From Mariprofundaceae bacterium (GTDB lineage: Bacteria; Pseudomonadota; Zetaproteobacteria; Mariprofundales; Mariprofundaceae): DNA of 45,435 bases. A model generated the notes under the pieces. The model was not told the DNA's origin. It ran no database searches and saw only the letters and a program-made list of their open reading frames with translations. A program made the position numbers and the translations under genes. This document shows positions 13,825 through 22,244 of the stretch, in pieces. Numbering within the stretch: position 1 is the stretch's first letter; every line of letters starts with the position of its first letter. The stretch is taken from NCBI GenBank assembly GCA_035267815.1, contig DATFLK010000023.1:1-45435 (forward strand), written 5' to 3'.

Positions 13825-13872
13825 TGGATGGCGCTGGATTTTGACCGCATCCGCCCTTAATCTCTCGCCCTT

Positions 13873-15765
13873 ATGTCTTCCACCGATCACATGTTTCACG
13901 TGAAACACCCGGACGGCCCCGTCGATGTGCTGGTCATCGGCGCCGGTCATGCCGGTAGTGAGGCGGCGCTTGCCGCTGCCAGGTATGGTGCGCGCGTCCG
14001 CCTGATTACGCAGAACCTAGACACCATCGCCAAGATGTCCTGCAACCCCGCCATCGGAGGGGTGGGAAAGGGCCATCTGGTCCGCGAGATCGATGCGTTG
14101 GGCGGCGGTATGGGTGATGTGGCCGATCGGGCCGCACTGCAGTATCGCATCCTGAACCGCAGCAAGGGGCCCGCCGTGCGTGCCACCCGGGTTCAGTGTG
14201 ACCGGCGTCTTTATCATATTGGGATGCGGGCACTGCTCGATGGGATGCCGAACGTTGTGCTGCATCAGGGAACCGTGCGCGAGCTATGCTTCGATCAGGG
14301 GCGTGTCACCGGTGCGGTCGACGAATTGGGCGTGCGGCACGATGCCGGTGCAGTCATCCTGACAACCGGGACCTTTCTGGGCGGGATGATCCATGTCGGA
14401 CAAGCGCAGATCCCGGCCGGACGTGCAGGGGATGCGGCGGTTCGTGGCCTCAGCGACGAACTCTATCGGCAGGAATTCACACTGGGCCGGCTCAAGACAG
14501 GCACCCCTCCAAGGCTTGACCAGCGTAGCATTGACTGGGACCGGTTGGAAAAACAGCCGGGGGATACCGGTGCGCTGCCGCTATGCGGCCTGCGACGGAT
14601 GGTGCCGGAGGATCAGCTGCACTGTGCACTGACGCGCACGACTCCGCGTACGCACGAGATTATTCGCGAGAATCTCGAACATTCCCCGATGTATGCCGGC
14701 CGGATCGAAGGGGTTGGGCCACGTTACTGCCCCAGTATCGAGGATAAGGTAGTACGGTTTGCCGAACGGGAGAGCCATCAGATCTTTCTCGAGCCGGAGG
14801 GGCGGGATTGCGCCGAGGTCTATCCCAACGGAATCTCCACCTCCCTCCCGGTCGACGTGCAGTGGGAATTTGTCCGCTCCATCCCGGGGCTGGAGGCAGC
14901 GATGATCATCCGCCCGGGCTACGCCATCGAGTATGACTATGTCGATCCGACCGAACTGAGGCCGACGCTGGAGTGCAAGCGGGTGAGCGGGCTGTTTCAT
15001 GCCGGACAGATCAATGGCACGACCGGCTACGAGGAGGCTGCTTCGCAGGGGCTTCTGGCAGGGATCAATGCCGCCGCTTGTGCCATGGGGAAGGCGGCGT
15101 GGGTTCCGGATCGGAGCGAGGCCTATATGGGCGTGATGGTCGACGACTTGGTGAACAAGGGGGTGACGGAGCCCTACCGGATGTTCACGGCCCGCGCGGA
15201 ATTCCGCCTCCATCTTCGGGAGGATAACGCCGATCTTCGTCTGGGAGAGGCGGCCATGCGTCTGGGGCTCTATGATGATGTCCGGCTCGAGGCCTTCGAG
15301 GCGCGGATGGCGCGGCTTGAAAAGGCGGAGCGGGAGATTGCCGCTACCCGGATCGGCCACGGACGACAGTGGCAGGAGAGGCTTGAGGCGCTGGATCTTC
15401 CGGTTCCTCAGAAGTCGATGCTCTTCTCCGCCTACGTCCACCGACAGGATGTCGATACCGACCGCGCCTTGATGCTTCTGGAGAGCCTGAACGGGCTGGA
15501 GATGCATGATCGGGCTACGGTCAAGGCGATGGTTCACTACGACGGCTATCTCGAGAAGCAGGATATCGAGGTGGCGCGTTTCCGACAGATGGAGGCGCAA
15601 CTGATCCCGGAGGGTCTCGACTATCGGCGGGTGGCGGGATTGAGCAATGAGTGCCGACAACGGTTGCAGAGCGTAAGGCCGCGCAGTATCGGACAGGCTG
15701 CCCGGCTCTCCGGCGTCACGCCTGCGGCGCTGACCAGTCTGTTGATGCACCTGCGGCAGGAGTGA
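13873..15765 (+). CDS. mnmG: tRNA uridine 5-carboxymethylaminomethyl modification enzyme MnmG (GidA)
   Basis: 630 aa. FAD fold [51 protein letters not shown]. The start may be ATG 13873 or ATG 13891, and neither has a clear RBS. Confidence 0.95.
   Translation: MSSTDHMFHVKHPDGPVDVLVIGAGHAGSEAALAAARYGARVRLITQNLDTIAKMSCNPAIGGVGKGHLVREIDALGGGMGDVADRAALQYRILNRSKGPAVRATRVQCDRRLYHIGMRALLDGMPNVVLHQGTVRELCFDQGRVTGAVDELGVRHDAGAVILTTGTFLGGMIHVGQAQIPAGRAGDAAVRGLSDELYRQEFTLGRLKTGTPPRLDQRSIDWDRLEKQPGDTGALPLCGLRRMVPEDQLHCALTRTTPRTHEIIRENLEHSPMYAGRIEGVGPRYCPSIEDKVVRFAERESHQIFLEPEGRDCAEVYPNGISTSLPVDVQWEFVRSIPGLEAAMIIRPGYAIEYDYVDPTELRPTLECKRVSGLFHAGQINGTTGYEEAASQGLLAGINAAACAMGKAAWVPDRSEAYMGVMVDDLVNKGVTEPYRMFTARAEFRLHLREDNADLRLGEAAMRLGLYDDVRLEAFEARMARLEKAEREIAATRIGHGRQWQERLEALDLPVPQKSMLFSAYVHRQDVDTDRALMLLESLNGLEMHDRATVKAMVHYDGYLEKQDIEVARFRQMEAQLIPEGLDYRRVAGLSNECRQRLQSVRPRSIGQAARLSGVTPAALTSLLMHLRQE
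13892..13907. promoter_or_regulatory. parS: parS centromere-like site (perfect 16-mer)
   Basis: TGTTTCACGTGAAACA is identical to the widely conserved chromosomal parS palindrome. It lies in the first codons of mnmG (encodes FHVKH). Confidence 0.88.
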
Positions 15766-15766
15766 G

Positions 15767-16333
15767 ATGAAAGAGGGAGAGCAGTCGCTCGAGGCGGCAA
15801 TTAAGCGTTACTGCGCCGAGGTGTTGCGATTCTCGAAGGCGTTGAACCTGACCTCGGTGAAACAGGCAGACCAGTTTCGAGCCCGGTTTGTCGATCCTTC
15901 CCTGGCGTTGTGTGACGATCTCCCCGACCACGGGAGTATGCTGGATGTGGGCAGCGGTATGGGGATACCGAGCATTCCCATCTTGCTGGCAAAACCGGGT
16001 CTGGAGGGTATGCTGGTGGAACGACGGAAGAAGCGGGCCGAGTTTCTTCGACATCTGGCTAGGGTGCTCAGTCTCCGCATACGGGTCTACGATGCTGATA
16101 TACGGGATCTGTCGCCGCTGCATGCGGATGCGCTGGTGGCCCGGGCCGTCTCCGGTCCGGAGACGCTCCTTCAGCTTGCTGCCGGCCATATGAAGCCCGG
16201 CGGTGTGGCGATATTACCGGTTTCGCGTGCGGCCGCTCCGGCGGCGGTAAGCGGTTGGACCTATCTCGGCCAGCACAGTGTGCGGGCCGGCGATGAAACG
16301 CAGCTTGTTCAGCGGTATAGTTACAGGGCGTAG
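15767..16333 (+). CDS. rsmG: 16S rRNA (guanine527-N7)-methyltransferase RsmG (GidB)
   Basis: 188 aa. SAM-binding block MLDVGSGMGIPSIP. Conserved position between mnmG and parA. Confidence 0.9.
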   Translation: MKEGEQSLEAAIKRYCAEVLRFSKALNLTSVKQADQFRARFVDPSLALCDDLPDHGSMLDVGSGMGIPSIPILLAKPGLEGMLVERRKKRAEFLRHLARVLSLRIRVYDADIRDLSPLHADALVARAVSGPETLLQLAAGHMKPGGVAILPVSRAAAPAAVSGWTYLGQHSVRAGDETQLVQRYSYRA

Positions 16334-16345
16334 CGGCGAAGAGGG

Positions 16346-16361
16346 GGTTTCACGTGAAACA
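16346..16361. promoter_or_regulatory. parS: parS centromere-like site (15/16 match)
   Basis: GGTTTCACGTGAAACA. The right half-site begins with the GTG (16354) that the ORF track uses as the parA start. The left arm overlaps the GAGGGGG Shine-Dalgarno-like run. Confidence 0.82.
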
Positions 16362-17151
16362 TGACCGTTTGGGGCCGGTGATATCGGTGGCCAACCAGAA
16401 GGGCGGGGTCGGCAAGACCACGACCAGTATCAATGTGGCCGCATCGCTGGCGACACTCGATAAGCGCGTACTGCTGATCGATCTGGACCCCCAGGGAAAC
16501 GCTTCCACCGGACTGGGAATCGCCAAGGAGGAGGTCTCCGCGGGCTCCTATGATCTGTTGATGGGCGGCTCTCTGGAGGAGACCATCCACACTTCCTCGT
16601 GCGAAGGGCTCCATGTCGTGCCGGCCAACATGGATCTGGCCGGAGCCGAGGTGGAGCTGGTGGGCATGGAGAACCGTGAACGGGTGCTGGATAGGGCCCT
16701 GGACCACTTCAGTGGCGAACCGTTTGACTTTGTACTAATTGACTGTCCGCCCGCCCTGAACCTGTTGACCATCAATGCGCTGACCGGGTCGGATCGCGTG
16801 CTGATCACCCTGCAGGCCGAGTTCTATGCCATGGAGGGGCTGACCCAGCTGATGGATACCATTCGTCGGGTCCGGCAGAGCCTGAATCCTTCGCTGGCGA
16901 TGGAGGGAATCCTTCTGACGATGATGGACCGTCGTAACAATCTGGCGCTGCAGGTGGAGGAAGAGGTGCGGGAGTACTTCGGCCAGCAGGTCTACGAACA
17001 CACGATTCCACGCAATGTGCGGCTTTCGGAGGCGCCGAGTTTCGGCATACCAGCGCTCTATCACGATATGCGTTCGACAGGCGCTCAGGCGTATCTCGCC
17101 GTAGCGCGTGAAATGATGCAGCGGCATGAACTACACAGGAGTATGGCATGA
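16354..17151 (+). CDS. parA: chromosome partitioning ATPase ParA/Soj
   Basis: 265 aa. Deviant Walker A NQKGGVGKTTT and full-length Soj-like translation. Start is GTG 16354 (RBS GAGGGG upstream) or in-frame GTG 16378. Confidence 0.94.
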   Translation: MKHDRLGPVISVANQKGGVGKTTTSINVAASLATLDKRVLLIDLDPQGNASTGLGIAKEEVSAGSYDLLMGGSLEETIHTSSCEGLHVVPANMDLAGAEVELVGMENRERVLDRALDHFSGEPFDFVLIDCPPALNLLTINALTGSDRVLITLQAEFYAMEGLTQLMDTIRRVRQSLNPSLAMEGILLTMMDRRNNLALQVEEEVREYFGQQVYEHTIPRNVRLSEAPSFGIPALYHDMRSTGAQAYLAVAREMMQRHELHRSMA

Positions 17152-18011
17152 GACAGGGGGGTAAAAAGCGGGCACTCGGTCGGGGGCTGAACGCCCTGTT
17201 GTCGGATCAGCCGACCTCAGAGGTGTTGTCACAGGCCAAGCAGGTACCGATTTCGCAGATTCGGCCGAACCGGTTTCAGCCGCGCACCCGTTTTGACAAG
17301 GGCGAGCTGGATGAACTGATCGCATCGGTGAAACGGGACGGCGTGCTGATGCCGATCCTAGTCCGTCCCGGCGAGAGTGGATTCGAGCTGATTGCCGGTG
17401 AACGTCGCTGGCGGGCGGCGCAGGCGGCGGGTCTTCTGGAGATTCCGGCCGTGGTGCGCGAGGTGGATGACCGCCATGCCTTGGAGCTGGCAATTGTCGA
17501 AAACGAGCAGCGCGACGATTTGACAGCCATCGAGTCTGCAAGGGCCTATCAGCGCCTGATCGAGGAGTTCCATTACACCCAGCAGCAGGTAGCGGAGTGC
17601 ATCGGTGTCTCCCGCATGCAGGTCAGTAATCTGATCCGCCTGCTGCAGCTGCCCGAGTCGATCCAGGGAATGATCGAAAGGCGTGAACTAGATATGGGGC
17701 ATGCCCGGCCGCTGGTCGGTCTGCCGGAAGGGGTGGCCCGACACCTAGCCGCCGAGAGCAACGCAAAATCGTGGAGCGTACGGCAGATGGAGCGGGAGGC
17801 GAAACGCGCCCTGCAGGATGGTGGCGCGAAACGTTCCCGGAAGAAGCCGGTCGATGCCGATGTCGAGGCACTGCAGGAGCAGTTGGGGCGTACCCTTGGA
17901 CTGCCGGTGGAGTTTCGCTGCAAGGCCGACGGATCGGGGGAGCTGCGTATACGCTACGGGCGACCCGAGGAGCTCGATGGCGTGCTGGCGCGATTGCGCG
18001 GACGGACATGA
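17148..18011 (+). CDS. parB: chromosome partitioning protein ParB/Spo0J
   Basis: 287 aa. N-terminal ALGRGLNALL, arginine patch LIAGERRWRAA, and HTH region QQQVAECIGVSRMQVSNLIRLL. Start overlaps the parA stop (ATGA). Confidence 0.95.
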   Translation: MRQGGKKRALGRGLNALLSDQPTSEVLSQAKQVPISQIRPNRFQPRTRFDKGELDELIASVKRDGVLMPILVRPGESGFELIAGERRWRAAQAAGLLEIPAVVREVDDRHALELAIVENEQRDDLTAIESARAYQRLIEEFHYTQQQVAECIGVSRMQVSNLIRLLQLPESIQGMIERRELDMGHARPLVGLPEGVARHLAAESNAKSWSVRQMEREAKRALQDGGAKRSRKKPVDADVEALQEQLGRTLGLPVEFRCKADGSGELRIRYGRPEELDGVLARLRGRT

Positions 18012-18042
18012 TGTTATTGCGTACCGGTTTCGAGCAGGGGCG

Positions 18043-19332
18043 GTGGCGGCCCTAAGGCCTTTTCTGCTTCTGGCGCTGCTGTTTGCAGCGGCGTGGCCAT
18101 CCGTGTCCCGGGCCGAGGACTTACAGGATCTTGTCCTGATAAAATCCATAGAAATAAATGGTTTAAAGAGAACGAAGCCGCGTGTGATCCGGCGTAATCT
18201 GCCCTTTTCGGAGGGCGATATATGGCAATCCGGTGATGCCAAGACCGGTGAGCGGCGACTGCTCAATCTCGGTCTCTTCAGCATGGCTCATATCTCACCT
18301 CCCGACGAGAAGGGGGTGGTGCGCATCCGGGTTAAGGAGCGCTGGCCGTTCTTCCTACTGCCGGAGGGATCGCGTCAGGATACCGGCAAGACCTCAGTCG
18401 GACTGGCGCTGACAGATCACAACCTCTGGGGCTTGAACCACAACCTTCGGCTGGCGATACGCGAGGATACCGGCAAGAATTTCTCCGGACTGTCGGGCAC
18501 CAGTTATCAGGGGAACTATCTGTGGCGTCGAATCGGCGACGGGCCGGTTAACCTAGCGGTTTCGTTCAACAAGGGGCGCAGTATCTTCGATGCCTACAGC
18601 AACGCCAGCCTGGTTAGCCAGTATAAGCAGGATACGACCAGCTGGAGCGCCCGCCTGGATTACATGCTGGGACCGGTGTTCAGCGAGGGGTGGAATCTCG
18701 GGCTCGGTTTCAGCAGCGACCGAACCGACTATACGCTTGCCAGTGGTCCTGCCCTGACCACGGTGCAGGGCAGTTGCCGCAATGCCGTGCAGTCGACAGT
18801 TGGCTACCGTTTTCTGGATAACCATATCACGTGGATCACCGGAACCCTGTTCGATTATCGGCTTGATGTGGCGCACAGCGCCTTGGGCTCTACCCTCAAT
18901 GTCTATCGCCATACCGCCTCGCTGCGGCTCTATCTGCCACTCAACGAACCGAATACCCTGGATATCCGTATCGATGGCGGCGGAGCAACCGGAAAAGTGC
19001 TGCAGGACGGTCTCTTCGATATCGGCGGTGGCCACCAGATGCGTGGCTATTGGCCCGGTGAGCTTCAGGGAACCTACTATGCCTACGGCACCGTGGAAGG
19101 GCGATTTCCGATCAGTTCGGGGGGCAACTTCGCACTGGTCGGGTTTTCCGATATCGGTAATATCTGGAATCATGGCCAGTCGGCCTTTCACAAGAGCGTC
19201 ATCGTCGGGGTGGGGATGGGTGCACGCCTGACCCTGCGCTGGCTCGTCCACGGCATCTTCCGTGCCGATGCAGCCTACGGGGTCGCGACGAAGAAGTGGC
19301 GCTTCTATTTCGGCACCGGCCAGGCTTTCTGA
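18043..19332 (+). CDS. Omp85-superfamily outer-membrane protein with a single POTRA domain
   Basis: The track ORF (from 17818) overlaps parB. GTG 18043 gives a signal peptide MAALRPFLLLALLFAAAWPSVSRA|ED. One POTRA-like unit follows (IEINGLKRTKPRVIRRNLPFSEGDIW...VRIRVKERW), then a beta-rich region ending in the OMP-type terminus YFGTGQAF. Confidence 0.72.
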   Translation: MAALRPFLLLALLFAAAWPSVSRAEDLQDLVLIKSIEINGLKRTKPRVIRRNLPFSEGDIWQSGDAKTGERRLLNLGLFSMAHISPPDEKGVVRIRVKERWPFFLLPEGSRQDTGKTSVGLALTDHNLWGLNHNLRLAIREDTGKNFSGLSGTSYQGNYLWRRIGDGPVNLAVSFNKGRSIFDAYSNASLVSQYKQDTTSWSARLDYMLGPVFSEGWNLGLGFSSDRTDYTLASGPALTTVQGSCRNAVQSTVGYRFLDNHITWITGTLFDYRLDVAHSALGSTLNVYRHTASLRLYLPLNEPNTLDIRIDGGGATGKVLQDGLFDIGGGHQMRGYWPGELQGTYYAYGTVEGRFPISSGGNFALVGFSDIGNIWNHGQSAFHKSVIVGVGMGARLTLRWLVHGIFRADAAYGVATKKWRFYFGTGQAF

Positions 19333-19345
19333 AGGGCGACTTTTC

Positions 19346-20011
19346 TCAGGTGGTGGGCGTGGCGTTTCGTTCCGCCTGGGAGGGGCGGATATAGGCGGGT
19401 ACCGGATAGCGGCATGCTGCATGATCCGTGTCCGGATCCTTCAGAAGCAGGGTGGCCAGTTGTCCCAGTGCCTCCGGGCGGCTCCGCGTCAGCGGTATCC
19501 GGCGGCTATCGGAAGACACCCTCGTCGATGTCATGTCGGGGGATTGGGTGGCGTAGCAGGTCACATGAAGGCCGTTTACCCTGTCCCACGAAAGACAGTT
19601 GTCCGGTTGCAGCGCCTTTCCTGTCCGGTAGTGCCCGGCATAGACATCGCCCGACCGTGCATCCTCAAGGACCCATAATTCATTGGCATCGGTTTGCAGA
19701 GCGGTGACGGCCAGCGACGACATGCGGATCACCGGAAGCTGCAGTGTGGCATTGATGCCGGCCAGACTCGCTGCAGCGACGCGCAGTCCGGTGAAGGAGC
19801 CCGGACCGATGCCGAGTGCGAGCATGTCGAGATCGGTCCACGACATCCCTGCTTCGCTAAGCAGCCCCTCAAGCAGAGGCAGGATGCCCTGGGAATGGGG
19901 GAGTGACTCTTCCCCGGAGGCGTGATGACGGCGGCCGTCCGCTCCAAGCAGGCAGGCCGATGCCTGTCCGAAGGCGGCATCCAGTGCCAGGATGTTGCGC
20001 GCATGCTCCAT
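19346..20011 (-). CDS. tsaB: tRNA threonylcarbamoyladenosine biosynthesis protein TsaB (YeaZ)
   Basis: 221 aa. ILALDAAFGQASACLL and GIGPGSFTGLRVAAASLAGI blocks are characteristic of TsaB. Confidence 0.85.
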   Translation of the reverse strand: MEHARNILALDAAFGQASACLLGADGRRHHASGEESLPHSQGILPLLEGLLSEAGMSWTDLDMLALGIGPGSFTGLRVAAASLAGINATLQLPVIRMSSLAVTALQTDANELWVLEDARSGDVYAGHYRTGKALQPDNCLSWDRVNGLHVTCYATQSPDMTSTRVSSDSRRIPLTRSRPEALGQLATLLLKDPDTDHAACRYPVPAYIRPSQAERNATPTT

Positions 20012-20018
20012 GCGGACG

Positions 20019-20897
20019 CTATTCGCTCTTTTTTTCGAGGGTGTGACGGATGAAGCCGGCCAGATCGCTTCCGATCTCCGGGTGGACCAGTCCCAAGGCG
20101 ATGTTTGCCATCAGAAAGCCCAGAGGGTTGCCGGCATCGAAGCGACGACCGTCGATCCGTACGCCGTAGACCGGCTCCTCCTGTGCCAGCCGGTCGATGG
20201 CATCGGTCAGCTGTATTTCCCCCTGGATGCCGCGCGGCGTATCCTCGAGAAGTTCCATCAGGCGCGGAGTAAAGATATAGCGACCGATGATGGCGAGATT
20301 CGATGGGGCATGCTCCGGTTGCGGTTTCTCGACAAGATGGCGTAGCCGCAGAAGGTGACTCTCCTGTTCCGCGTCCACGATGCCATAGCGCGATACCGAC
20401 TCGTGTGGCACCTCCATCAGGCCGATGACCGAGGCGCCGGTCTCTTCATGGATACGGCGCAATTGCTGCATGGCAGGCGTTTCGGAGACGATCAACTCGT
20501 CCGCCAGCGAGACGCCGAAACAGGCATTATCGACCCAGTGTGCGGCGCAGCGGACGGCATGGCCCAGCCCGAGCGACTGTCTCTGGCGCACATAGGCAAT
20601 ATTGGCCATATGGGCGATCTTCGATACCTGCTCGTAGATCTTTTCCTTCCCGGCCTTCTTGAGGTTGTCCTCGAGTTCGGCTGAGATATCGAAGTGATCC
20701 TCAATCGCCCGCTTGCCGCGGCCGGTGATCATGATGATCTCGTCCATACCGGAAGCGAGCGCCTCCTCGACCCCGTACTGGATCAGGGGCTTGTCGACGA
20801 TGGTCAGCATCTCCTTGGGGCTCGCCTTGGTTGCAGGCAGGAAGCGTGTTCCCAGGCCGGCAGCCGGAAAGATGATTTTTCGAAGCGGACGCTGCAT
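20019..20897 (-). CDS. galU: UTP--glucose-1-phosphate uridylyltransferase
   Basis: 292 aa. KIIFPAAGLGTRFLPATKASPKEMLTIVDKPLIQY is the canonical GalU N-terminus. Confidence 0.93.
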   Translation of the reverse strand: MQRPLRKIIFPAAGLGTRFLPATKASPKEMLTIVDKPLIQYGVEEALASGMDEIIMITGRGKRAIEDHFDISAELEDNLKKAGKEKIYEQVSKIAHMANIAYVRQRQSLGLGHAVRCAAHWVDNACFGVSLADELIVSETPAMQQLRRIHEETGASVIGLMEVPHESVSRYGIVDAEQESHLLRLRHLVEKPQPEHAPSNLAIIGRYIFTPRLMELLEDTPRGIQGEIQLTDAIDRLAQEEPVYGVRIDGRRFDAGNPLGFLMANIALGLVHPEIGSDLAGFIRHTLEKKSE

Positions 20898-20928
20898 GGC
20901 GCTAGACTATGGTCTCGAAGCCCGGTGC

Positions 20929-20960
20929 ACAACGAAAGCGGCGCCCGTCATGGGCGCCGC
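20929..20960 (-). terminator. putative rho-independent terminator after ccsA
   Basis: GCGGCGCCC (20938-20946) pairs with GGGCGCCGC (20952-20960) around a 5-nt loop. On the minus strand the hairpin is followed by TTTCGTT. Confidence 0.5.
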
Positions 20961-21000
20961 CTCGATACGTCTCAGCCTCAGACAGGGCTGATTCGGGCCG

Positions 21001-22233
21001 TCAGGTCAAACGGCCGTAGGAGTGAAGGCCCGAGAGATACATGTTGACGCCGATGAAGCAGAACAGCGTCACCAGGAAACCGGCAACGGTCCACCAGGCC
21101 AGCGACCGCCCCTGCCAGCCGTGCGAGACGCGTACATGCAGGTAAGCACCGTAGGTGAGCCACACGATCAGCGCCCAGGTCTCCTTCGGATCCCATGACC
21201 AGTAGCCGCCCCATGCCTCGGCTGCCCAGGCGGCACCCAGAATGGTCGCCAGCGTGAAGGCAGGGAAGCCGATGGAAACGGCCTTGTATGCCAGCTGGTC
21301 CAGCTGATCCAGGGTCGGGAAGGAGGCCAGGAACTTGGCGTTGCTTCCCTTGCGCTCCAGGCGGTCACGGACCAAGTAGGCGGCGCCGGCGGCGCAGGCT
21401 ACGGCGAAGGAGCTGTAGCCGATGAAATTCATGGGAACATGAATCTTCATCCAGTAGGACTGCAACGCCGGTACCAGCGGCTTGATGTCGGCTTGACCGA
21501 CGGAGCTCAGCCAGATGCCGAAAAAGACACCGGCGGAGACAATGGTCAGCACAAAGGCACCCATGGAACGAACGTTGTAGCGCCGCTCGAAGTTCAGGTA
21601 GATCACGCTGGTGATACAGAAGAGCAGGATGAAGACCTCATAGAGGTTGGAGACCGGAGCGTGACCGATGTCGAGGCCGAGCAGGTAGGACTCGTACCAG
21701 CGGAGAAGCAGGGATGATCCGCCCGCATAGACGCCGGCCCAAGCGCTGGCTGTTGCAAGCTTGCCGACCAGCGAGTTCGGTGCGAACAGATGCGTGATGT
21801 AAAGCAGCGCGGCGGCCAGGAACATCACGTTCATTGTCATGATGATGCGGCCCGAGACCAGGTTGGACTGATCGTTGTAGGAGACCTGTGCCTGTGCAGG
21901 CTCGAACTGCGCCAGCAGGAAGGTCAGCAGGATCATCATTAGTGCGCCGTCAAACCAGGACACCATGTTCATGGCCAGTCTGGATTCGGCCAGTCGCGGC
22001 TTGGCCAGGCCGAGCGCCGTAGCACCGGAGAGGCCGGCGACGGCGCCGATACCGATCCAGCTTGCTGAGCTGGCAGTGAGGAAATGAAGTAGTCCGTTAG
22101 ATTGGTAACCCGCCGCGCCGAACATGGCATAGGCAGCCACGCCGACGATAGCGCCGACATAGCCATAGAACCGGGCGAAGCCGGGAAGCCCTCGGTTTAT
22201 GGCATCAAGCCGATGAGCAGTGATCGCAGTCAT
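21001..22233 (-). CDS. ccsA: cytochrome c biogenesis protein CcsA/ResC (System II heme handling)
   Basis: 410 aa polytopic membrane protein. Contains the Trp-rich WGGYWSWDPKETWALIVW motif and conserved flanking His residues. Follows resB. Confidence 0.9.
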   Translation of the reverse strand: MTAITAHRLDAINRGLPGFARFYGYVGAIVGVAAYAMFGAAGYQSNGLLHFLTASSASWIGIGAVAGLSGATALGLAKPRLAESRLAMNMVSWFDGALMMILLTFLLAQFEPAQAQVSYNDQSNLVSGRIIMTMNVMFLAAALLYITHLFAPNSLVGKLATASAWAGVYAGGSSLLLRWYESYLLGLDIGHAPVSNLYEVFILLFCITSVIYLNFERRYNVRSMGAFVLTIVSAGVFFGIWLSSVGQADIKPLVPALQSYWMKIHVPMNFIGYSSFAVACAAGAAYLVRDRLERKGSNAKFLASFPTLDQLDQLAYKAVSIGFPAFTLATILGAAWAAEAWGGYWSWDPKETWALIVWLTYGAYLHVRVSHGWQGRSLAWWTVAGFLVTLFCFIGVNMYLSGLHSYGRLT

Positions 22234-22244
22234 ATGCGCCTCCT

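Noticed and set aside
17818-18042. N-terminal extension of the Omp85-family ORF overlapping the 3' part of parB
   Set aside because: The extension lies in an alternative frame of parB. A GTG at 18043 gives a canonical signal peptide right after the parB stop.
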